From assembly GCF_000281045.1 (NCBI RefSeq), contig NW_008246117.1:310581-343649 (forward strand): 33,069 bases of DNA. The letters are read 5' to 3'. The translations under genes and the position numbers were made by a program. Below, piece by piece: positions 11,297 through 21,842 of this stretch. Position 1 is the stretch's first letter. Each line of letters starts with the position of its first letter. Source of the stretch: Saprolegnia diclina VS20. Lineage: Eukaryota. The notes beneath the pieces were generated by a model. The model was not told the origin of the DNA. It searched no databases and was given only the letters and a program-made list of their open reading frames with translations.

Positions 11297-12138
11297 TTGA
11301 AACGTGCACCGACCCGCTAAAAAAGCGTATACACGCCTCTTGTTCGGTGCGTCTCTCGCTCTGTGCATCTCGTCGATGCTAATTTCTCTTGTATCGTACT
11401 AGTAGAAGAGATATACTAGCTGGGGTCATCTTTTGAAAGGTTTGGTCGCTCGATCAGACGTGGCAGTTGGCACGTGACAACCAGCTAGCGTGCGCGTAAC
11501 ATGAAACTCATCCATGTCTGCTAGCCTTGCGATCCCGTGATAGTGTTCAGATCATCGGTTGATAGTCGATGGGTGTTGGGGAGAGGCTCCAACGTTTTGA
11601 AAATTCTGTCCGTTGTCCGATCAGGGGGCGATTTGCTTTTTCGGTTGCAAAAGCACGCACTGCGATCCCCGCCCGCCATTTCATGGCGTGTGCGTCTTTC
11701 CATTTAACCCGCTAGATACTGGCGTTTACCCAGTTAGAGCGGTTGTTTAACCTGCAAAGCTTCGCCGAACGGTCGGGCGCGTTTCAAGTTGCCGCGGCTT
11801 TGTGCGGACCAAGACTCTCTTGGGTCTTGTATGGTGCACAATCGACTTGTGCGTATCCCGAGCGAATCCGAATACGCGTCTACTGCTGTTGCTGTGAGGG
11901 CGTTTGCATAAACTAGGCCAGCGGCCGCCCCCGACACGCAAATTATAACAGGCCGTGTTTTTGCACCGGCACGTAGCAAAACCTTGGCTATGACCCGCTA
12001 AACGGCAAGAACGCGTGGAATAGAACGTGCGGCTACGCGTGTTATAACGTGTGCTTGCAAAAACACGCTGCCGTATCGGAATTAGATCCGAACTCGATCA
12101 CAATACATTTTCCCTCTCTGTACGCAAGTCCCTCCAAT

Positions 12139-12414
12139 ATGCCTCTGGCCATGACCACACCGCGCACTCGCTTGAGCGACGACCGCAAGCGCCACGTCTA
12201 CATGATCGCACAGCTTTTGAACGACAGCGCGTCCAAGGCGCCGCTGCCCCCCCACGCCCGCTCCAAGAAGGTTCTGCGCCTCGCACTCAAGATGGAACAA
12301 AAGCTCTTTGACGCGACGCACGGCCGCAAACTCAGCGACACATCGATCCAAAAGTACCTCGTGGTCCTCGCGGCACGCGCTTGCAAAAGCTGGGTGCGCA
12401 CCGTGCCAATGTAA
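12139..12414 (+). CDS. KIX-like microprotein, array copy 2 (91 aa)
   Basis: DDRKRHVYMIAQLL...VLRLALKMEQKLFDATHGRKL...IQKYLVVLAARAC. INR/FPR-like TCACAATACATTTTCC at 12098. Confidence 0.8.
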   Translation: MPLAMTTPRTRLSDDRKRHVYMIAQLLNDSASKAPLPPHARSKKVLRLALKMEQKLFDATHGRKLSDTSIQKYLVVLAARACKSWVRTVPM

Positions 12415-13373
12415 GACGACGTATGTCTTTTTTCTAGTATTTATTTCGATTTAAATTCTTTTCTCGCCATCGCACGACGTATCGCGAGCCGACTGGTGGC
12501 TCTGCTCATCAGCACGACCTCGCACCATTAACGAGAGGGGCGACACCGCATTACACCCACCGACACCGAGTTTTTCCTTCACCCCGCACCACGGTCCTCG
12601 ATATTAGTCATTAGATTGGTTGGACGCACTGTCTACTTCAAATCAGCACCTTTTCTGGCCACGGAAGTCGTTCAAAATGGAGTCAACGGACGCATGGCAA
12701 AGGTGTTGCTGCGATACGACGATATTGTCAAAGTCTCTACTAAGAGGATGCTGTGGCACAACCAGCTGATGTGACGCGCACTGGCACCAAAGGGCCAAGA
12801 CAAAAACTCGAAGCAAATCCTTCCTTCTTTGGATGTTCAGTGAGAAGACGTCATTCTTCATCATGCTTGCCATCCCGAGCACGACCACAACACTGGCAAG
12901 CAGTAAAGGAAGAAGCTGTCCGTGGAGATTGCGATCTGGCTTTTGCGAGAGCAAGCAACCTGGTCGAGACATGCGCCGTCAAGTGTGCGTTATTCAGTGC
13001 TCGCTGGGTCATTCGCCGAGTTGGTATACATCGGCGGTGTGATTCGTGTGCTTTGGCCCACTTTGGGCCTTGTTCCAGCACCGTCTGGCTCCTGCGGTTC
13101 TGGTTGCAGCACGGAATATGAGTCCTTCAAAAGGCCTTGGACCGTGTATGAGGCCAACCAGCTGGCGTGTCTTGAGGTGGGTTGCGGTCGCATAGCCGTG
13201 CTCAGCGCAGCATAAACCCGGTGACGCGCTTGTCTTTGCACGTTGGTCATACAATCAAGCGGCGATTGGCCGCGTATAAACACGCATCGGTCTCATCCGC
13301 CATCTGGCTCACCCATGTCAGCAGCAGCAGCACACCAGGCTCGGCGAAGGATCACTTATAAACTTGCGGGCCG

Positions 13374-13637
13374 ATGCACTTGCCTCTCGCGGACGACCGG
13401 AAGCGCCATGTCTACATCATTGCGCGACTGCTGAACAAGGGCGCGACCCGCGTCCCACCAGCCATTGTAGCCAAGAAGCTCCTCCGGCTCGCCACCAAGA
13501 TGGAGCAGCAGCTCTTTGAGATGACGCAAGGCCGGCCGCTGGGCGAAGACTCGATTCGGCAACACCTCGTCGCCCTCGCCCATGCCGCGTGCAAGCGAAC
13601 GAGCACGAAAAGCCAAGTCGAAGTCGTTTCCGTCTGA
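13374..13637 (+). CDS. KIX-like microprotein, array copy 3 (87 aa)
   Basis: DDRKRHVYIIARLL...LLRLATKMEQQLFEMTQGRPL...IRQHLVALA. Confidence 0.8.
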   Translation: MHLPLADDRKRHVYIIARLLNKGATRVPPAIVAKKLLRLATKMEQQLFEMTQGRPLGEDSIRQHLVALAHAACKRTSTKSQVEVVSV

Positions 13638-14601
13638 CGACGCTCGTTGTTTTGTCATGTCGACTCGGTGTCGTGTCCTAGTACGTGTACGTGGTGTATA
13701 TTTAACAAAGTTGTCTGTTGTGACGAAAGGCGTCATTTGCGATTGCAATTGTGGGATTTTCGCAGCTGATGGCGCGTGCGAGTGCCGACTGCCGCTGGAT
13801 CGTGGTTTCATCTTTTGTGCGAAGAACGTCCCAAGAAGGTTCACAAGGAATGCCCACGAGACGGGACAGCACGCCCCCACTACTTATCAATACCCCACTT
13901 GGCTATTCGGAGCAGTTCGGGACTCGGGACCAGCAATAGTGTCGTGAAGGCGGCATTTTGCTGGCCAAAGTCGATCGACATGCATGTATCAAGAAGCACT
14001 TTTGTCTACCAGCTGATTTGCAGTTGGACACAACCTTTCTTGGGGGCGTGGAGCACACGTCATTCGAGCCCGGTCGGGCCCGTGGGCTTCAACGATTAGT
14101 AGAGACGAATATGGCTAACTCACCCTTTTGTTCTTCTTCGAGATTAGCTGGTCGAGAGAGAGAGAGTTCGTGGGCGTGAGAGAAAGAGTGGCTCGGGTGA
14201 GATGTCGGATTTCACTGGGCGAAGCAATGCCAGCTCAAGATAAGTCCAATCTAGACACCAACTTGCTGCAAGCAAGACGAGGCAAGTTCGCTCTCGATAG
14301 CTTCGTATCGATCGTCGTTGTATCACGTGAACGCTGTTGAATGAATGATGGGACTCGGCGCATAGACCATGTGCAGCAGCACCCCAATATCCAGTGGTCA
14401 ACTCGATTTGGGTTGCCGCATTGCTCACACTTGCCGTGTTGCTCTGCATAAATACGTACGACGTCCCATGGTGATGGCGCATGTCTTTGCCAACGCGCGC
14501 TTTTCCCACAGAAGCCAGGAGTCGCCCAGACACGAAGTGGTAGGGGGTGATAAAAACGCAATTTTTATTCGTCGCTTCGAGACGCACATGGGCGACAAAA
14601 C

Positions 14602-14615
14602 CCACTTTTCATTTT
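14602..14615 (+). promoter_or_regulatory. Oomycete-type INR+FPR core promoter of array copy 4
   Basis: CCACTTTTCATTTT matches the oomycete transcription-start consensus (about YCAYTYYNCAWTTT) and lies about 40-50 nt before ATG 14651. Confidence 0.65.
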
Positions 14616-14650
14616 GGCTTCAACCAACAACAACCCCAACAACAAGAACC

Positions 14651-14899
14651 ATGATTCACCAAATCGCGACGATGACCGAAGACCGCAAGCGCCACGTGTA
14701 CATCATTGCGCGCCTCTTGCACGAGAGCGCGGCCAAGTTCAATGTGCCCACGTCGGTCGTCTCCCAAAAGCTGCATCGCGTTGCCGCCAAGATGGAAGTC
14801 CAGCTGTTCCGCGCCACGCACGGCCGCAAGCTCGGCGAAGACGCAATCCGAAAGCACTTGGTGGTTCTCGCATCCCGTGCCTGCCGCAGCGCCGCCTAA
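14651..14899 (+). CDS. KIX-like microprotein, array copy 4 (82 aa)
   Basis: EDRKRHVYIIARLLHESAAK...LHRVAAKMEVQLFRATHGRKLGEDAIRKHLVVLASRAC. The ATG follows the INR/FPR element and a CAA-rich leader. Confidence 0.8.
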   Translation: MIHQIATMTEDRKRHVYIIARLLHESAAKFNVPTSVVSQKLHRVAAKMEVQLFRATHGRKLGEDAIRKHLVVLASRACRSAA

Positions 14900-16277
14900 G
14901 TGCTGTGTTTTCGTCCTATTTAGTACGCGTCTCTAAGTCGCTCAATCTCATTTTATTTATACCTACGACAGTGTACGGTCTATGCGCACCGCGTCGGTTC
15001 CTTGACCACGAGCGACGAGGCAGAAATGAATACCTACGAGAGAGACGCGGGCGAACGTCGGCGTCGAGTCGCGCGACAAGAGAAACGATGCCTTCTTCTA
15101 CTGTATGTGCCGAGCAAAGTTGCCACCTTTCTATGGCGCTTGCACGTGTCTTTGAAGCTGAGACCACGCTGACTCTGTGAATATAACCAAAGGGCCAGCC
15201 TGGAGGATCATTCATGGCATTGAACGCTTGATGGTGGCGCCTGCAGTGCCGATGAACAAGTCGCACTGACGGCCAAGGGAAGAGAAGATATACCTAAAGC
15301 AGCTCAGAAACTCTCGGATGTCCCCGACTATTCTCGGTGACGTACTAGTAACCTAGGGTTCACCGGTGGCTGCTCTTACACTTGGAGGAGCTACTTGAAG
15401 GGGCAGGCCGGAGCGTGCCTGAAACTTGCTCAACATAGATAACTGATGCGTTAATGGACTAGCTCGCACAACAGTTCTAAATCACAGGCCACACAAACTG
15501 CAAGACTAACTCACGCCTCAGGCTCTACCTCGGGGTTATCGCTTAGGTGGGGTTAGGGAAGTTCAAACCACCGAAACCTTGACACCAGCCACACATCGAC
15601 GTGGGACCATAGCCACGTTTTCTGATCTTATTCGCAGCGAAGCGAATGTCAACGGAGCAACATTTAGTCGGTTCACTCGGTTGGATCCAGCCTTCCAAAC
15701 CTGTTGGCAAACCCATCTCAGATCGGCACTGAAAACCGCATTTTGGACTGCGTTCCGTGAAATATGGGGCGTCGCCGAGCCATCAAGCGCTGAGTCCCGT
15801 CGAATATACAGATACCAAGAGCTTTTCCAAGTCTCCCTCACTGCACGTTGATCAAGCAAGAAGTACCCAAACGCTCAAACGCTGCAAAATAAAAATGATA
15901 GGTACGAGAGACACGTGGTTGAAGCAACGTTTGGGGATACACGTTGTCGTTGCCGTTGCCACCATATTTTTACGCATGGGAATAAAACAACCGCACACGT
16001 CGTGCGGTCGCCGCGTCACGGCTGCACACGACGCGCGATTGCATGTCTTCGTCGAGTCCCAACGCTTCGAGTGTCGATAAAAATGGGCGATCAATAAATG
16101 GGTGTAGACATAAAATACACGGTCCATGGGTCGCTTTCCTTTAAGCGAGTGCGAAAAACACGTCGTTTTTCGAGGTGGCGGGAAAAAAGCGCATTTTTAT
16201 CGTGATAACTGGCGCCACGAGCACTTGCCAACGTGCACCCGATCGTCCATTGACCATTTCGACTCCACTTACTCCAA

Positions 16278-16559
16278 ATGCCCATCGCGTTTCACCGCTC
16301 CAACTTGAACGAAGACCGGAAGCGCCACGTGTACATCGTTGCGCGCCTTCTGCACTCGAGTGCGTCCAAGACGGCGCTGCCCGTGCAAATGGTCGCGAAG
16401 AAGCTTCTCGGGCTCGCGATCAAGATGGAAGCGCAACTGTTTGTCATGACGCATGGCCGCGCTTTGAGCGAAGAGGCGATTCGTCGCCACTTGCTCTACC
16501 TCGCGGGCCGCGCGTTCCGAACGCGGTTTCAGTCGCGCAACCATGTCGTCAAGCTTTAA
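16278..16559 (+). CDS. KIX-like microprotein, array copy 5 (93 aa)
   Basis: EDRKRHVYIVARLLHSS...LLGLAIKMEAQLFVMTHGRALSEEAIRRHLLYLAGRA. INR/FPR-like CCATTGACCATTTC at 16247. Confidence 0.8.
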   Translation: MPIAFHRSNLNEDRKRHVYIVARLLHSSASKTALPVQMVAKKLLGLAIKMEAQLFVMTHGRALSEEAIRRHLLYLAGRAFRTRFQSRNHVVKL

Positions 16560-17513
16560 CCTGACGGACGATGAACTTAGTAATGTATTTATTTATGCAT
16601 ACCGGGACTCACCATTTACTCCACATTTGAGCTGACAACAATGGCAATACCCATGGCACACAGCTCTCTCGTGGCGCAGTATCTCGTGTCACATCTGTGA
16701 GCGTCCCGAGTTGACTCCCTACAGCTTCTAAACAAACGTACGAGTCGTGCAAGAGGGTCGGGGAATGCATCCTCTCCAACAGCACTCGATTCGTCTCCTA
16801 TCTTTGTGGCGTTGGCTCGCGCCAGGGGCATTATTTGTTAACCGACGGGGCACGCGTCGGATCGTAGTTTGATCGCTCTCGTCAGTCTCTCGATGCTCCC
16901 TGCCCCGTGGTGTGCACAGTAGCCAAGCGTACACAAATTCAATTGAATTTATGCATTCTTGACAGTAACTCGCTACTTCCTTGATGCAACGGCCTTGCGC
17001 ACTGCGTTTCAATTGCCTACATACGTCTGTCTCTCAAGCCGTGCGGTTTCGTCGGTGACAGTCTTGACTCGTTGACTCCTCCAGTCGCAGAGCGAGAGGC
17101 TTGTCGCAAGCACAGCCTCGACCCCGCGTCGCTGTCGAGTGTATATATCGACGGTGCGTTGGGTGCGGCAGGCGGTGCATAGGCGACGTCGTCTGCCGTG
17201 CCTACGGGCGTTGTCTTTTGCTCCGTGTTTCCTTGCGCGGGTTCGATTCCCTCCAGCGCATGCATATCAACATTATGTCCAACCCTTGCGTGAAGGCGGC
17301 GTGGTAGCATGTGCAACGCAACGACAACGTCGCGTCGTCTGTGCCCCGAGCTCAAAAACAGGCGCTGCTCAAAAGATACGCGCACGCATACAAACTTCAA
17401 GTCAAATTTGACCCATGGGGTATAAACAGGTGGCACTGGGTGCGTTTCCCAGCACACATCAAGGTGGTTGCCCTGCGTTGCATTTTCCATTTGCCTTCCG
17501 ACTACACACAAAG

Positions 17514-17807
17514 ATGCCGATCGTCATGCACCGCAGCGCGTCGCTCAACGACGACCGCAAGCGCCACATCTACATCATTGCCCGGCTGTTGCACTCGAGC
17601 GCGACCAAGTCGCAGCAATTCCATTCGGCCAATGTCGTCTCCAAGAAGGTGCTGCGCTTGGCCGCCAAGATGGAGCAGCAGCTGTATGAAACCACGTACG
17701 GCCGCAGCCTGAGCGAAGACGCGATCAAGTACCACCTCAAGTACCTCGCGGGCCGCGCTTGCAGTGCGCGCCTCCCGCCACCGCCGAGCCGTGTCTTTCA
17801 GTTTTAG
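17514..17807 (+). CDS. KIX-like microprotein, array copy 6 (97 aa)
   Basis: DDRKRHIYIIARLLHSS...VLRLAAKMEQQLYETTYGRSLSEDAIKYHLKYLAGRAC. INR/FPR-like GCATTTTCCATTTGC at 17480. Confidence 0.8.
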   Translation: MPIVMHRSASLNDDRKRHIYIIARLLHSSATKSQQFHSANVVSKKVLRLAAKMEQQLYETTYGRSLSEDAIKYHLKYLAGRACSARLPPPPSRVFQF

Positions 17808-18415
17808 ACGCGAATTAAACTCTTATTTATTTGTTCCCTCCAAGTCATATAGTCGCGTTATCTAGAAGAAAAGACGTCGACATCTGTCCTGAAGTGCTAT
17901 CGGGGTATACTACGTCGTACTTGAAGTAGCTCGAGTCGAGAGTCGCGCTAAACCAGCTCTCTCAGTCTCCCAAGTTCTTCCATCCCAGCCATAACCCTTC
18001 TCAAACACCGGCACGACCACTGCCCAATACATAGCATCCTCGGCGAGATTGGCATGCAGAGTGGTTATCGTCACCCTGTACCGTGTCCCTGAACGCTAAC
18101 CACCGACTCGTAATTGAGTGTGGTGCATATAGCATGTAGATTCAACAGGGCCACGGGTCCACGTTCCAACGGCCAGCTCTTGGCACCATACCAGTACTAG
18201 TCGAGTCACTTGGAGCTATAGACAGCTTGAGATACCCACAAGGTTGCGGTTCTCGCACTGACGCGTGCAACGTACTCACCTGGCTTGAGTCAACGCTACG
18301 CCATCCCGCTGCACAAATGACATTCTCTTTGCATATACAATGTATTCCATGCTTAAAGCGACGCGAGTACACCAAAGCGCGGCTACACGAAGGCCAAAGA
18401 CGCAGAAGGCCTGCC

Positions 18416-19548
18416 TTAGACACGCGATGGCATCGCCGTATGGTCCGTCGACGGATAACTGGCGTGGATTTCCTGGTATTTGTTGAGCAAGTTGGTGCCC
18501 GCCGTTATAGGTGGGTACTAGACATGGTGCTAAATGCCAGCTCTAACCTACGAAAAGGTGTACCTTGGCTGGCGTCGCTGCGTCCACGCACGACTCAAGA
18601 CACGTGACGTTGCAGTGGAAATTCGGCTCGAAGAAGAAGGGCACCGAGTAGCGCTCGCGGCCTGTGCTGTTGACGACGCGGTGCCGCGTCGATCGAAACA
18701 GCCCATTTGTCCAGCGCTCTGCCAATGCCGTCAAAATGAAGACAAGTTGTCGTCGGTGCCGCACCTGCGAGGTCGCCGACGTTGACGATGAAGGCATCTT
18801 CGACGTATGGCACGTCGACCCAGTGGCCGTCACGGCCCTCGATCTGCAAGCCGGGCTCCGTGTCGGTTGAGAGGAGTGTGAGCAAGCCAAAGTCCGAGTG
18901 CGCGCCGCATGCAATGACGCCATTTTCGAGGTTCGACGCTTCTGCGTTGTAATGCAGCATGCGTAGCACGGTCATGGGGCTACACCGTGGCTGATGGACA
19001 GCGATGATGAGATCGACGTACCGGTCAAACATACCGGGTGCGTCAAAGGCGCCGGGTGCGCCCGCGGCAGTGGCCATGACGCACGCCACGTGCAAGCCCA
19101 AGTGGCTCATCGCATCAAAGTACGCGGTCGTGATCGTCTTGAAGTGCGGGAGCACGGCAGCGTCGGGAAACACATTGCATGTGTCATGGAGCGGGAGGTG
19201 CACCTCGTCGGGCAGCGACTCGCGGCAGACATGGTACGCTTCCTTTGTATCGCCCTTCGTCTGGTGCGCAGGGTCCAACGTCTCTTCGTACATGGGCGCC
19301 CACCCGCGCATGTTCTTGTCCGCGACCGCCTTGCGCTTCTCGGCGAGCGGCAAAGCAAAGAACGCGGCCATCTGCCTGTACACATCACGCTGGAGCTGCC
19401 GGGGCACGCCGTGGCCGCGCAAGTAGAAGAAGCCGACGTCCATGCACGCCTAGAGGAAGCGTGTAGCATCCGCATGAGGCTACGCGTCTACCTGGCGGAG
19501 CTGCGTGGCGGCCTGCGGCCCGAAGCAGTCGACGATCGGAACGCGCAT
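18416..19548 (-). CDS. 2-oxoglutarate/Fe(II)-dependent dioxygenase (IPNS-like, DIOX_N + 2OG-FeII_Oxy), about 318 aa, 5 exons
   Basis: VPIVD, ACMDVGFFYLRGHGV, HxD in GAHSDFGLLTLL, GLQI, FIVNVGD, distal His in STRHRV, RxS in RYSVPFF. Introns at 19450-19491, 18980-19021, 18719-18764 and 18518-18563 give 319 codons in frame. Confidence 0.92.
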
Positions 19549-19975
19549 GGAATTGGAAGTGACCAAGATATTTCGAATCGCATGTGATTGGATGAAATCC
19601 AAGCCGAAAGCAACCAATCCGCGACCACTCTGGTCCGGCGAGCGTCAACCTCTCTCTGCCAATATGTCGGCAGGCGAGCAAGCGGTAATGTGTCCATAAT
19701 TCGTGTCCAAATTATGGATTAAGCTAAAGTGTATGAGTTAGTGTGTCCAGGAGCTACTACGAGTCAACGATCCAGTTTCTTTGTAGGTCAAGACGGGCAG
19801 TCGTCCAACGAGTAAAAAAGCCCCTATCCCTTCGCTCTGCACTAGACGGCTCTCTCGCTCATATACAGCTAATAGCAAGCACTCCATTGTACAAAGCATA
19901 TCAACTCGTCCATCGAGTCATTGCTGGCTTGTCGACCACCCCGGCGGAAATCATGCGCCATCTGCTGGCGTTGTG

Positions 19976-20469
19976 GCGGGAAAACCGTTCGGTTTAAACC
20001 GTGAACCGCGCTACACTCCCTTGTGTACAACCGCTTGGTTTCTCCACATGTCGATCCTCTCTTCCTCTCTGTGCACGCTGGACGTGGCGCCATGGCTTCG
20101 TTCGTCGCGCCAAAATTCAAAAGGGCTGTTTTCAACACTATGCATCTGTTTGATTCATTTTTATACAAACGCACAGTCATTTATATCATCACGGTGTTTC
20201 AAACACATTCGACCTTGGCGCGTCGCCGGATACTGTCCGGTTGCCTTTCGTTTGAACCGCGACATTATGTCCAATGAGACACCGTGTGGGTGCGTATACG
20301 CGATGTGATTGGCGGATTTGGCGCGTCCTGTTTTTAATCACCTCGATCAATTACGCGGGATTATGAAGCTCGGTGTTTGTATGTGGAGCGGGGAAATCCA
20401 AAAAATGAAAAAATAAAAATCAATGCACGGTGTTCGTCAGTCAGCAATTGGCCTCGTCCGCGCGCGAAA
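19976..20469. promoter_or_regulatory. Cluster of E2F-consensus (TTTSSCGC) sites plus CCAAT boxes upstream of the cyclin
   Basis: GCGGGAAA 19976-19983, GCGCCAAA 20107-20114, TTTGGCGC 20317-20324, GCGCGAAA 20462-20469; CCAAT 20271 and ATTGG 20308. Confidence 0.55.
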
Positions 20470-20484
20470 GCAGATCCAAGCAAC

Positions 20485-21842
20485 ATGGGCGACGTCGACC
20501 GGAAGCGGAAGCGCGGGGCTCTCGAGGACATCAGCAACAAGGGCCGACCGAACCTCCGCATGACGACCCGCCATGCCATGAAGGCCGAGCCCCGGGAAGC
20601 CATGCAGGTCGAGCCGACGGACGCCATGAAGCATCCGCGGCCCGAGGACGAGACGAGCTTTCCAGCGGTATGTGGCAAGAAGATGAAGCTCGATGGAACC
20701 AACCCGGTCAAGCCCCGGCGATCTGCGCGCCTGCCACCTGCCGGTACCCCGCCTGCTGTACCCGCCGAGCTCTCGATCCAGGAGCGACAGCGACTCTTCG
20801 ACATCAAGATGAACGCGTCGAGTACGAGCTTCATCATGACGAGGATCCCAAGCATGGAAGATGCTCATGCAGTGTATGTAGACTCGGAGTTTGAACTCAA
20901 CGTCTATGTGGACGAGGTCGTCATGATCGACTCGAGAGAGACAGACCTCCTCGCGCGCGAGATCGACCAGTTCCACCGCAAGGACGAAGACGACAAGCAC
21001 CGCCAGCTGAGAGACTTCCTCAAGGAGGCCAAGACTGACCTGAGCGCTCGCATGCGTATGATTCTCATCGACTGGCTCGTCGAGGTCGGTGAAGAGTACA
21101 AGGTGTCGAGCAAGGCGCTTCACCTCGCCATCTGCCTCGTCGACCGGTGCTTGGCGAGTATGACCCTCCACCGCAGCGAGCTCCAGCTCATGGGCTGCGC
21201 ATGCATGATCCTCGCGGCCAAGTACGAAGATGTTCATGCACCGACCGTCGAAGATCTCGTGTACATCTCGGACCACACGTACACGGGCGACCGCATGCTC
21301 GAGATGGAAAGTATGGTTCTCGACGCGCTCGAGTTTCGCGTGAGCTCGACCCATCTCTACCACTTTCTCGAGCGCTTTGTCCTCGCGGGCTGCAGCACGG
21401 ACGTGCAGACGCACTTTGCTCATGTACGGACAAATCCAATCGCAGTGGCCAAATCTCATCGCCCATGTAGTACGTGGCCGAGCTTGCCATGCTCGATTAT
21501 CCACTCGTCCAAAAATTCAAGCCGTCCGTGATTGCGGCTGCCTCTGTCTACTTGAGCCGCGTCGTGACGAGCGAAGTATCCTTTTGGGTACGCAACACCG
21601 TGCTATGGACTGTCATGGCTGACGTCAGATATGCATTTCGATAGACGCCGACTTTGCACTACTATAGCAAGTACAACGGCGTGCAGATCCTCGAATGCGT
21701 GCACCATCTTCACAAGATCCACGAGAAGGAGTACAACGTCTTGCACACGGATACGAGTCAGACCAAGGCCATCACCGACAAGTACATGTCGCGAAAACAC
21801 TTTCGTGTGTGCAAGATCGCGCCCGTGCCGCTTCCAGCGTAG
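20485..21842 (+). CDS. Mitotic cyclin, A-type-like, about 417 aa, 3 exons
   Basis: D-box RGALEDISN; cyclin box MRMILIDWLVEVGEEY...LQLMGCACMILAAKYED...YISDHTY. Introns at 21424-21470 and 21588-21644 give 418 codons in frame. Confidence 0.92.

Noticed and set aside
11704..11720. TTAA-CCC piggyBac-like terminus
   Set aside because: I found no matching inverted end or transposase in the window.
14153..14166. Short (GA)n tract, and an imperfect TATC run at about 26806-26841
   Set aside because: Ordinary short microsatellites.
15563..15859. Spacer ORFs of 90-110 aa (also 10221-10547 and 12643-12972) as genes or transposon remnants
   Set aside because: No recognisable domain, mostly non-ATG starts and no clear coding bias. 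A BLASTx search would be needed.
10665..17807. Array interpreted as a CRISPR-like array, transposon copies or secreted RxLR-type effectors
   Set aside because: The units are diverged protein-coding genes with no identical DNA repeats, TIRs or TSDs. They lack signal peptides, and RKRH lies within the conserved helix.
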